From: Squalus acanthias
Taxonomy: Eukaryota
NCBI GenBank assembly: GCA_030390025.1
Contig: CM059431.1
Span: 117,492,001-117,556,000 of the forward strand
Length of the DNA: 64,000 nt
Direction of reading: 5' to 3'
Made by a program: the position numbers and the translations under genes. The notes below the pieces were generated by a model that made no database searches, was not told the DNA's origin, and was given only the letters and a program-made list of their open reading frames with translations. Below, one piece after another: positions 53,995 through 64,000 of this stretch. Numbering within the stretch: the stretch's first letter is position 1; the number at the start of each line of letters is the position of its first letter.

Positions 53995-54160
53995 GCCTTC
54001 TCAGCTTGTCCTGCCACATTCAAAGATTTGTGTACATACACCCCAGATCTCTCTGTTCCTGCACCCCCTTTAAAATTGTATCATGTAGTTTATATTTCCT
54101 CTCCTAATTTTTCCTGCCAAAATGTATCACTTCATACTTCTCTGTGTTAAATTTCATCTG
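53995..54160 (-). mobile_element. CR1 fragment
   Basis: Matches 19180-19340. Confidence 0.7.
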
Positions 54161-57100
54161 GCAGTTTGAATATTCACCCTGTGAGGCTGTAGGATGGAGA
54201 GCGAAAGGCAAAGAACAGAAAGGAATGGGCGCCAGGGTGGGACTGGAAGAGGGAGCAGGAATATTAAGTTCCGCTGGCAGCGACAGATTTAAATGACAAG
54301 GGCTCCCCAGTTGGTAAGCTCTTAAATGATTTTTTTAAACAACCAGTAGTTTTCTGTTTAAAACAATTAAAACAGAAGCCTGCAGATTGATGCAATCTGT
54401 TTGTGATTCCAAAGCCAATTGCTGGTCTTCTCCGGGAACGAGCTTCTTAAATGGGATTATATAAATAGCTTCTCCACAATATTGGGAAGGCCTCATCATT
54501 TAAAACTAGGAATATATTAAATAAGGGCGCATCCCCCAATGTCATGGGTGACCCCTTCAGAGAAACCCATGCCCTCCCACTTAAAAGGCTGGCTCCCAGT
54601 GAAGGCCAGGAACCAGCTTTTAAAGAGTAGTTTGGGCAGTGAAGGAGGTCATTAACAGGCCATCAAGTTTGATAAGAGCCGGCCGGGTAGGTCGAGCAGA
54701 ACCGGCTGGCTGAGAAATGTTGTTTGTCTTTTGTGGTAGTGCTGAGCAACGATTTTCAAAGGAGCCAGGACAAGCTGGCTGGAAGTAGAGCCAGAGAAGC
54801 AGTGGGGTCAGAGGCCAACCAAACATGGATTATTCAAAGGAGTCAGAGGTTAACAGGCCAGCAGGAGAGCAGTGAGGCCGCAGACATTTTGTTTACAAGG
54901 TTGTAGGGAAGCTGGGAAGCCACAAAAGCCAGGAGCAGCTGAACAAAGTCAAGAGATGCCCCGGTGACAAGAAGGACACCAGAGACAACAGCAGCTGGCA
55001 TCAATAGTCTGAAATAAATCAGAAAAGCCACATGAATTAAAAATGTCAAACTATTATCAAGCAGAAAAGAAAAACATCAAAAGTAAGGTCATGTGCTATT
55101 AATATCTCATTCCTTTCACTGAGGTTCACATAAATGTGTTATTTGTTTATACAAAATACTTCCAGGGTTATTAGTGCCAAAACAAAGGAGAAAGTCACAC
55201 GACTGCACTATAATGAAAACTCACCAGTTATATCATCGACTTTACATCTAAATTAACGTCGCATCAGAGAAAAGAAAATTCTCACTGTGTTCTGTGTCAT
55301 TTAATTTCCACTTCTCTGTTCACCTTTATTTGTGGTTTTGTCTTTGTGAGCTACAGAATTACTTTCTTTGGAAACCTATACTGTGGTAATTAACTTGGCA
55401 CAATTCCAAGTCTCAATATTTTTGTAACTTGCTTTTCTAAAACTGCACTATCATTTTGAAAGAGAATAAAGTTGCCTATTATACTTTGTCAACTTCTAAC
55501 TATAATCAATGTTTTGAACTTAAGCAATGCACAATCATGTGTTTCATTTATTGTGTTAAATTATAGGTTGTGAATCTGAAGAAAACCTGTTGTTTTTCCC
55601 CTTATCCTAATTGGCGAAATGGTTAACTAGGAAATGAATCTTTTTCAGCATGCTGCTCTCTTTGCCAGTCCTGACTGCTGAGATACCCTATGATTAAAGT
55701 TTTCTGGTGAGAGCTTTTGATGGTAGCACATTATGCAGATGAGCTATTTCCATAATATTGACAGATTACTGAGAACAGCACAGGCAACTATTATATGCGC
55801 TGCATGCAATCATTCTGAAGACTAACTCAGAAACGGAAGGAAAAAAAATGCAAAATACTACGGATGCTGGAAATCTGAAATAAGGCAGGGATCTCCTATC
55901 AGTAAACGCCCAGTGGTCTGCACACTTGGGCTCAAAGGGCGGGTTTGGAGGCGGGTCAAAGGTTAAATTTGTTTTGATTGACGGCGGGTTCCGATCCCAC
56001 CATCAACTCGCCTCCAAACAGCTTTCCCAAGTGTCGGGTCCCCGATTTGCAACCCCGCTTCTGGGCTGGGGTTCCCGACATCCGGACACCATGCCAGGTA
56101 AGTGTGGCGTGTTGTGAGTCTGCTGCAATGTTTGTGGAATGATGACAGCTGCAGAAGTGGTGTGAAGGATCCATTGTTGCACATGGTGAGTTTCAGAGCA
56201 AAGAAAATGTTGGGTACTGAATTTTTAAAACATTTACCGATTTCTTTAGCTTACAAGTTTTGAAATCCAACTATATGTCCAGTGCCACCTCATTGGGAGA
56301 ACCTCTCTCACCAGTGACAGATCGCTTCTGTCACCTCTCCTGCAGCTGCCATCTATTCCAGCTTATGGAGGGAGTCATTGGAAAGCCTGGGTGCAAGAGG
56401 TCACCTTTGTGCAGTGATTGTCAGTGTTTTTAGCACCTCAATGCTGTCAAACACTGAGAAATCAACGGTCAAAATAAAATTGTGCGTGGTCCCTTTAAGG
56501 AAACCAGCAGATGACATGTCATCAAATGACATAATCAGACCCACTTCCTGTTAATTGGCCGGCAAGCCTGCAGGGCAGGCTTAACAAGGTCAATCAAGGT
56601 AAAATCACGTCTGTGAAGCGGACGCAGCTGGGGGCGGGACTGGAAGCCGGAAACCAGCTGTTCCGCACCCAACCCGAAACCAATGACAAAATCGCGGCCT
56701 TGGTGTCTACCTGCCTTTCTTCCACCACATTCCAGGCCAGAGCAACAATCTCCACTTCGACAGATTTTCCATGCTTCCCTTCCCCTATTCTGCTGTAACC
56801 ATTTACACCTCCTTTGGACCTATCTTTTGCTTCTCCAGTTGTCCCATTATCACCTCCTTCTGCCTTGCACCATCATTGCTTTTGTCGCTTAATGACTTCT
56901 GTCTTCTCCCCCATCACAGACCTTTCCTCTTTTCAGTGGTTCTGGTTCTGGTTCTGTACTTGCTTAAAAAACATCTTCCATTTCTAATGAAAGGTCATTG
57001 ACCTGAAATGTTAACTTTGTTTCTCTCTCCACAGGTTCCAGTATTTTCTGTTTTGATCTCAGAAATAGAAGATGTTGCTTCTGCCTGTCCTACTGCACCT

Positions 57101-57579
57101 CTTTAAAGGATAATGGCCATACTTTTCACCTCTCACGGAAATGGTCTTAAACTTTATGAAAGGAAACACAAATTACTGGAAAGGAAAGCAAAATAAAAAT
57201 TGACGGTTTCCTCCCGGTGCTAGATATGATTCTAATATATATTAGGGAAATAATCAGAGAGAAGTGCAGCCTTTGATGTGCTTCAGTGTCTGTTAGAGTC
57301 AGGATTATGGAAAACCAGAGCAAATGTAATGCCAGAATGTCTAGGTTTTTGTTTCACAGAACAGAGGAATAAAAAGTTACCTTGATATCTCCATTGAAGG
57401 AAGAATTAAAATTGCATATGTCATAAATACTGCAATTTTATGTACCCAGTACTTACACATTAAATACACTGTTCCATGTCCTTACAGTAAAAAAAATACT
57501 TGGTCCTATTTGCTCAATGCAGATTCTACTTCTCTCTGATGGGGTCTATTGAGATTTGCTCCACTAAAAGTCTCCACTG

Positions 57580-57760
57580 GAAACTTGGACATATATTGCT
57601 GTTCCTTCATTGTCGCTGGGTCAAAATCCTGGAACTCCCTACTTAACAGCAGTGTGGGAGCACCTTCACCACACGAACTGCAGTGGTTCACGAAGAAGGC
57701 CCACCACCATCTTCTCAAGGGTTGGGCAAAAAATGCCAGCGATGCCCACATCCCGAGAAT
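57580..57760 (+). mobile_element. LINE 3' end fragment
   Basis: SFIVAGSKSWNSL...KKAHHHLLKG; same family as 42765-43095. Confidence 0.75.
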
Positions 57761-58599
57761 GAGATTTTTAAAAAACCTCTGACTTGAATACCCAACACTC
57801 AAGTTTACAGTAATCCTCTGTTACTGTGCTTCTGGCATGCTGTGGCGTTTCAGCATGCAGTTTTCACCCATTTGATGCACATGATCAATCCACTACAGGT
57901 GCTGCACTGACAGCGTTTCTGTCAGCAGTCGCGTTCGCACATTTAAAGAGCCTCGTTTTTTTTTCTCTCTATTCTGTCAGCCTCGGCAAATGTACAAAAT
58001 GTCTTGCATCAAAGGACAAAGGCTTTTCTTCTGATCTTGAGCCAAACACAGAGTCAGTATCATGAAGGAAATCACAGTGTACTTGGGTGGAATAGACATT
58101 TGCCTTATTATAGATGAATATGTAATATGGAGACCCCCCAGGTTTTACAGCTTGACTAGCAGGGCCTTGCAAATACATTAAAAGAACATTAAGTACTGGA
58201 CCTGAATCAGCAATAACATAACATACATTTTATGAATTGTAAATGAAGAAAGAATTACAATAAAAACACAGCTGCTTTATTTTCTTATATATACTAATAC
58301 CTCCTCTTCATGTACTCTTCAACACCTTCAACTGTTCCCCACTAGCCACCCATTAAAAATTGGGCAGACAGGAGTTCTTGGGATCCCATCTGCTGAAGCA
58401 GGTATCTAAAAAAAAGATAAGTTTATACTTAAATTTTTTGTTTGGTTTTTTTGTGCCCTTGGCTGCATTTTGTTCCATGCATTTTTTTTTGTTTTCTGAG
58501 TACTTAGGCCACAACCCGAACCTAAACATTCAGAGCACTGCTGTCTTTGTCACTGCAAATTCAAGACAGGCTACCACAGATTTGTACCATGATGATCTG

Positions 58600-59160
58600 T
58601 CGATGACAATGTCTGCTCTTGCTATGGAAGTGAAGGTTACCAGTGAAGGTTACAACAGCATGAAGCTCTCATGCCACCATATCATTCCATGCCATCCCAG
58701 GAGATATCGGCTACATCAGGCAGTCTCAAATCACTTATTAAGTAACAGACATTCTTTGCAAGAGGCAACGCCTTCATCATTTTTCCTCTGGAAAGCAGCC
58801 ATCAGCTGGAAAAGTCACAGCTTTCGCCAGATGCTAGTTCCCTCGAGTCCAAAGTGTCTCACATTGCACCCATGTAACAGGGATCTTCATATCATCCCCA
58901 TGGCTTGTATGAAGAAAAAAGGGTTTGCACTCGATTAAACTTCAGGTGGTATCTGATCACAGAAGCATCATCATGCGTGTCAGTGACAGTTATTAGGAAG
59001 CAGCCATGGTGCCTTTATTGTGCACAGTACACAGTGATAGCATTATTTGAATGAGAAAAAACACTCTGAGGAGCATTGTTGGGAGAACAAGGCTATCCTC
59101 TGTATCTATGACTTACTAAGAAACCAGCAGCGGCAGAGAAACACCTCATCCTGAACCACT
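58600..59160 (+). pseudogene. Highly decayed Harbinger transposase remnant
   Basis: EVKVT; KKGF/HSIKLQVVSDH..IIMRV...GSSHGAFI; degenerate LLG..GYP. Confidence 0.6.
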
Positions 59161-59310
59161 CAGCATCTGTTTGCTATTCCTAAACTGCTACTTCCACCTT
59201 CCAAGTAATGCTGCCAATTTTGTCTTCTGCTGACGGAATGAATGCTATGTCTATAAAATCCACTCTGGAATTGATGACTTTTGCCTGCAGCATATTTTAG
59301 GGCCTCAACC

Positions 59311-59745
59311 ATGGCTCTCGCCTTCGAGTCAAATGTTTGGTTCAAGACCTACTCCAGGGATTTGAGCACAAAATCTAAGCTGACGCTCCAGTACAGTACT
59401 GACGGAGTGTTACACTGTCAGAGGTGCCATCTTTCAGATGAGACGTTAAACCGAGGCCCCGCCTGCCCTCTCAGGTGGATGTAAATGACCCCATGGCACT
59501 ATTTAGAAGAAGAGCTGGGGAGTTCTTTCCGTTGTCCTGGCCAATATTTATCCCTCAACCAACACCTAACAGATTACCCGGTCATTATCACATTGCTCTT
59601 TTGTGGTACCTTGCTGTGTGCAGATTGGCTGCCACATTTCCTACATTACAACAGTGACTACACTTCAAAAGTACTTCATTGGCTGTAAAGCCTTTTGGGG
59701 CATCCTGAGATCTTGAAAGGCATTATGTAAATTGCAAGACTGTCT
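59311..59745 (+). mobile_element. Near full-length DeuSINE (SacSINE1/AmnSINE1-related)
   Basis: Degenerate tRNA head (GGTTCAAGACC); Deu-domain GAGGTGCCATCTTTCAGATGAGACGTTAAACCGAGGCCCC...CAGGTGGATGTAAA.GA.CCCATGGCACTA; L2-like tail followed by (CTTT)n. Confidence 0.8.
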
Positions 59746-60413
59746 TTCAATCAATCTTTCTTTCTTACTTTCTGTCGTTCTTTCTTCATGAATGGAAGCT
59801 ACATTCTGCTGGATGTAATGGGGCTGTAAATGAAGTAATTTCCGGGAACTCTCCCAGAAACCCTCTTGATGTGGGGGTGGGGGAAGACTTGGCCACTCCC
59901 TCCAAACCGAATTTCCTAGGCTTCTTGTATTGGGCGGAATCCTGGTGGGCGATGCATCGACTCTGTGCTTTCTCTGGCCTCAGATATTTTGCAGCCTCCA
60001 GCTTTCTGGATAATGCTGAGTGCAACTGTGAAGGACAGCTCGGGAAAGAAAGGAGATTTTTAAAGTACTGTTATGCTAGGTCACAAGCTGCCATTCAAAC
60101 ATTTTGTCAGAGGAGCCCCTGAAAAGATGCTTTATTTCCCTCAAATAACATCTTCCTTAGTCAATCGCCTGCATTGCTGGGAGGCTCAGTGTAGCCAATC
60201 TACATTTGCTCAGACATTTCTGGACCATTAAAGGTTACCTTTGTGCCTTTCAATTTCACACCAGCTTCCGAGATGAAAGGATCATTGTGTAGATTGCAGA
60301 CTTTGACATCTTTTTCCTTGACACTTCCTCATCTCTAAATTGACTGTAAATTTATCATCAGAAAAGATATTGACTCACTTTTCTAGATATTGAACTCTTC
60401 ACCTTTTGTGAAC

Positions 60414-62095
60414 TGTAAGGGATTCTCCTGACCCTGCGTGTCTCGTAGCCTGTGAGATTCACGCGGCTCTGTGCAGCCTGTATGTCAGTGCGGGTCTAGG
60501 CCTGGTTGCCTGTTCTGGTCTCCAGCCGGTCTGGGAACACTAGACACACCTGTGAGTGGTTCGAATCACTCTCCCTTACGGTTCTAGACACTGGACTTAG
60601 ATGCGAGAGCAGTAATGGAGATAAAACTCATGTAGACTTGGTTTGAATGGTACGAAATGGAAAATCTTTATTGCATGATACTTAAAATTATGAAATACAT
60701 GTCATACGCACAGATTAATGACAGTACAATTCTGACAAACGGTTATAATCAATCTTAGGGAAACGAGGAACGAACGGCACAACGTAAATAGGGCACACAT
60801 TACAAATATCCTTAATCTTTAAACCCTCCCCTATCAATATCTATCCTAAACTAGCTTCGTAGGATCTCGAGACTCATGCTCACCACTCGTAATAACTCGG
60901 AGAAATCCCGAATAGCTGATCGGATGTTTTTCACCGCAGCACCCACGTGTCGGTCAGGAGATCTCCCGGTCCCACTTGTTTACTGGCTTCTGCTGCTCGG
61001 GCTAGTAGGCTGGACCGTCTGCTGTAGTGAAGACCTCTGTTGGTTGACTTCACAGTTTAGTCGAGGAGCACCGTTGTCAATATCATTGATACGATGTGTT
61101 TGCACAGTCCAGTTATCATTGATGCAATATGCTTTGTTAGAAGTTTAAAGAAGAAAACTTCCTGTCGAGAAGACTTGGCTGATCGACCTACAGGCGCGGT
61201 CGGGATTTACTGACCGTGGCGATGGATATGGTCTTCTTCTCTTCTCCTCTCATCTCATCTCATCTCATCTCATCTCGGGCCTTTGGTTCCGCTGCCAGTT
61301 ACCAACATAGGTCTTCGTTACGCGACACGAGGTAGATCCGAACGGATCAGAAAGTTCAACAGTCTTTTACACAGGAGCAGCCACGAGGTTACGAACCGAC
61401 CGGATAAAACACAGGAGCAGCCACGATGATAAGAGCAGCAAGCGAGCAAGAGCGGCAAGAGAGCGAATGGACGGTTTGGGGCCTGCAATTATAGTGCAAA
61501 AATCTTCCGTTTCCCGCCCAACTATAATGTCCATTCTTTTGTTTAGGGTTTGGCGCCCAAATGTCTTGTATGGGTGATCTCCGTTCTTAATGGGTTTCGG
61601 GGCTACTCATGAATGTTTGAGTACCTGTTAATATTTCTCCCATTGTTAAATCGGTCGGTGTTCTCCCTGGAGGGGTTTGGGGCTTCCAAGTGTCCTGTAT
61701 AACTACCTGCTAACGGCTCTCTCATCGTAGAGCCGTTGGGAGTTTACATATTAATGTCCTTTGGATGGGCCCTTAAGTACTTGGTACAATGGCTTTCCTT
61801 TGCACCTGGGAGACCGATTCCAGTATCTATGTTTATACTGCAAACCCATAATGTCCCGTGTATTATCTTCACTGTGCTGAATCGTTATCGATCTTGCAAA
61901 AAAATGTTTAATGGAACGCCATCTTGTCTGCCTGTTGAAAAGTCTAGAATGTTCTGTCACGAGGTGCGGCGGCCATTTTACAGGCTGCTTGTGTCCAATT
62001 TAAACCTGACAGCATTCTGCTGAAATAAAAGCTGTTTGAACGAAATTTTGTGTTTTCTCCTTATTAATCAAATCGCGATAATTGCGAATTCTACA
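60414..62095 (-). mobile_element. 3' LTR (1682 bp) of an endogenous retrovirus
   Basis: Minus strand TGTAG...CCTTACA, directly after the PPT. Boundaries are corroborated by the homologous solo LTR with TSD. Candidate TATA near 61488-61493; AATAAA at 60667-60672. Confidence 0.92.
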
Positions 62096-62105
62096 GTCCC
62101 TCCTG
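62096..62105 (-). promoter_or_regulatory. Polypurine tract
   Basis: CAGGAGGGAC immediately before the LTR's TG. Confidence 0.75.
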
Positions 62106-62520
62106 TTGATGCGAATAACTCCGCTTATCGTATCAAAAAAATCTCAGTGGTGAGCAATCTTATCTCGATTTCACTCCGAATCCAGTAAATTAATCCCATA
62201 AATTTTAACTTAACTAGGGTCTCTGTGTCATCCTCATTTCCCAAGAAAATCACATTTTATATCACCGTAGGCATCATTTGCCCTTAAACTTACACCACTT
62301 GTTTTCCTTTCCGGCGTAACCAGGCCGATACCTCACGCATCACCTGTATATTTGTCTTTTATTCAAGGAAAGGAAAAACAAAACCCAAAACCAAACAATC
62401 AACACCATCACCAAAAATAAACAAATCCCAACTCTTAAACATGTCGAGTTTCCAACGTATTTACAATGAGTACAAACTTCCGCGGCGCACGCGGCGAGCG
62501 GGAGTGGCGCCATTTTCCGA

Positions 62521-63999
62521 TTACACGGTGCTCTCATCGTGCACGCGCACGTAACGTTCTCGCCACTCTCCCGTGTTTTCATGCTTGGTGAGGCGCTTGT
62601 CTCTTTTACAATGTATGACCAATAGGTACACTACAATAAACACTTGACAGACGACTAAAATGTGGGAGGCTATTCTGATCCATGAAGGCACTTCAATATT
62701 CGTGAACAGATTCCACCACGGTGGAACCACTATGTCCAAAATGTCTGTTCCTATCTCGACAGTTTTCTGCTCTAACGTATAAAAATGCTTCTGTGATACC
62801 GCGACGGCTTTCAGAAGTTTGGTTAAATGCTCAGGGAGAGGGGGAATGAGGTATCCAAAATGCGCGACAAATTGCTGCAAGTCGGTGAAATTCTCTTTTA
62901 CTGTGAGATGAACAGTGGATGGTTCAGGGATTGGGATAATTCGCTGTTGTGCTACTTGAACTTCAGCCCTGGGTTTAAAACAGAAACTGCTGTCACTCAC
63001 CGGACACCGGCTACGGTTTCCATGCTGGTAGTGTTGCGCTGCAGTGGTAACACAATATGTTCCACCCCCGATGTATGCTACCTGCGGAGGCACATGATCT
63101 TGTGCCATTGCCTCCATGGTGCAATTCATGGACTTGGCGCCAGCCGTTCTGAACCCGCACTGTGGTGTTAAAAAGGCATTCAAGTGCTGGGGGCACAGTA
63201 TTATGTGTGCTCCCCTGCCACGACAACCAGAGAGATCTGTACCTGTCATCGTTTGCTCCCAGCGGATGACGTAAGGTGGAACCGCTGCATAACGAATGTG
63301 GGCTCCCCCCTGAATGACACCAATGTTCTCTACCCGATATACCGGGGCGGGCTTTGCTGTGTTGCCCAAAACCGGCATGCGTAATACTATTCCCATAATA
63401 GTATGGTTTGAACGTCCGCAGTCCACGGGGACTGGGTAAGCTTCTGAAGCTAGCCTGAGCTGGCACGGACTTAATGCGTTCTGAAAAGGGTGAAGCGCCC
63501 GTAGGTGTTTGTTACTTATCCAGGACGGAACCAAACCTTGTTTTAAATCCTCCAAATTACTGCGGCCCTCGCCCAGTAACCACGCCCCGTAAAGCACGCA
63601 CACCTCGTTCTGCGCAGCTTGATCGGATGCATTCCGATCTTCCCTAATCAGGGCATTTACCGTACGCGCATGTTTCTCCAGCTCTGCTATGATTTCCTTT
63701 AAATGGAGAGTCATGGCTTGGTCCTCGTGTAGACCTGACCCTACCACTTTATTCTCATCTGTTAGAATGTCTTTTAACTGTGTTTTTAAACCATTAATCT
63801 GGGTCTGCAGCTCCACACTGTCTAGAGCGTTGACCACAGATGTCCCTGTGTTAAAAGCAGTGAACGCATCGTTCACCACACCCCTTCTTTGTCTCCCCAC
63901 CTGACCCAAAACTTCGTGTGGTGCGGTGTACAAGCTTGTCTTGTCAATTTCTGCAAAATCAAACTCGTAAAATTGTCTGAACATCTTGGTCAACAGGAC
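62521..63999 (-). CDS. env: Retroviral envelope glycoprotein, partial (end of SU plus whole TM subunit); foamy/lokiretrovirus/paramyxo-F-like class I fusogen; reading frame open to the window edge
   Basis: Furin site RQRR (63883-63894), candidate fusion peptide GVVNDAFTAFNTGTSVVNAL, heptad-like helices and a Cys-rich domain. Sequons NAS/NHT/NCT/NRS/NFT, TM segment WIRIASHILVVCQVFIVVYLLVIHC and a short tail. Lies directly upstream of the PPT and LTR. Confidence 0.88.
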   Translation of the reverse strand, partial: VLLTKMFRQFYEFDFAEIDKTSLYTAPHEVLGQVGRQRRGVVNDAFTAFNTGTSVVNALDSVELQTQINGLKTQLKDILTDENKVVGSGLHEDQAMTLHLKEIIAELEKHARTVNALIREDRNASDQAAQNEVCVLYGAWLLGEGRSNLEDLKQGLVPSWISNKHLRALHPFQNALSPCQLRLASEAYPVPVDCGRSNHTIMGIVLRMPVLGNTAKPAPVYRVENIGVIQGGAHIRYAAVPPYVIRWEQTMTGTDLSGCRGRGAHIILCPQHLNAFLTPQCGFRTAGAKSMNCTMEAMAQDHVPPQVAYIGGGTYCVTTAAQHYQHGNRSRCPVSDSSFCFKPRAEVQVAQQRIIPIPEPSTVHLTVKENFTDLQQFVAHFGYLIPPLPEHLTKLLKAVAVSQKHFYTLEQKTVEIGTDILDIVVPPWWNLFTNIEVPSWIRIASHILVVCQVFIVVYLLVIHCKRDKRLTKHENTGEWRERYVRVHDESTV

Positions 64000-64000
64000 C

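Larger units (their letters stand above)
49632..53995. mobile_element. Decayed, formerly autonomous PIF/Harbinger transposon with convergent Myb/SANT and transposase genes
   Basis: Left TIR-like GGGGAAGAAATTGG; both Harbinger genes are present; the right TIR is not seen (CR1 sequence begins at about 53995). Confidence 0.85.

Noticed and set aside
56980..57016. Hammerhead-like CTAATGA...GACCTGAAATGTTAAC
   Set aside because: The core G and helix III are mutated; a likely inactive relic.
58360..58938. 192-aa ORF
   Set aside because: Mostly off-frame reading of a decayed Harbinger transposase.
61551..61560. TGGCGCCCAA as a tRNA-Lys1,2 primer-binding site (also at 33616)
   Set aside because: Only 10 nt, inside U3 and antisense to env; a PBS must follow the 5' LTR.
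61751..61960. U3 ORF as an accessory gene (similar ORF at 33695-34039)
   Set aside because: GTG starts, the frames diverge after about 20 codons and the lengths differ; nucleotide homology explains the similarity.

Overview
Vertebrate genomic DNA made almost entirely of interspersed repeats; I found no supportable host exon. The repeat set points to a cartilaginous fish (shark or ray), by inference: DeuSINE/SacSINE1-like SINEs, CR1 and L2 LINEs, Neptune-type Penelope-like elements (PLEs) and many PIF/Harbinger derivatives. Main features: (1) The 3' end of an apparently young endogenous retrovirus on the minus strand, with an uninterrupted env ORF running off the window edge, a polypurine tract (PPT) and a 1.68-kb LTR. 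Its ~450-aa TM subunit resembles the foamy-virus / lokiretrovirus / paramyxovirus-F type of fusogen, not an orthoretroviral TM. A related 1.41-kb solo LTR (target-site duplication, TSD, CCAG) and a third, more distant LTR end share a covarying U5 hairpin and a splice-donor-like motif. (2) Three PLE insertions with TSDs, carrying four minimal hammerhead ribozyme motifs with covarying helix I; two insertions start with the same inverted tail. (3) A decayed two-gene Harbinger transposon and several non-autonomous relatives with 3-bp AAN TSDs. (4) A tRNA-Thr pseudogene and several nested insertions. Family assignments come from motif recognition by eye, not database searches.
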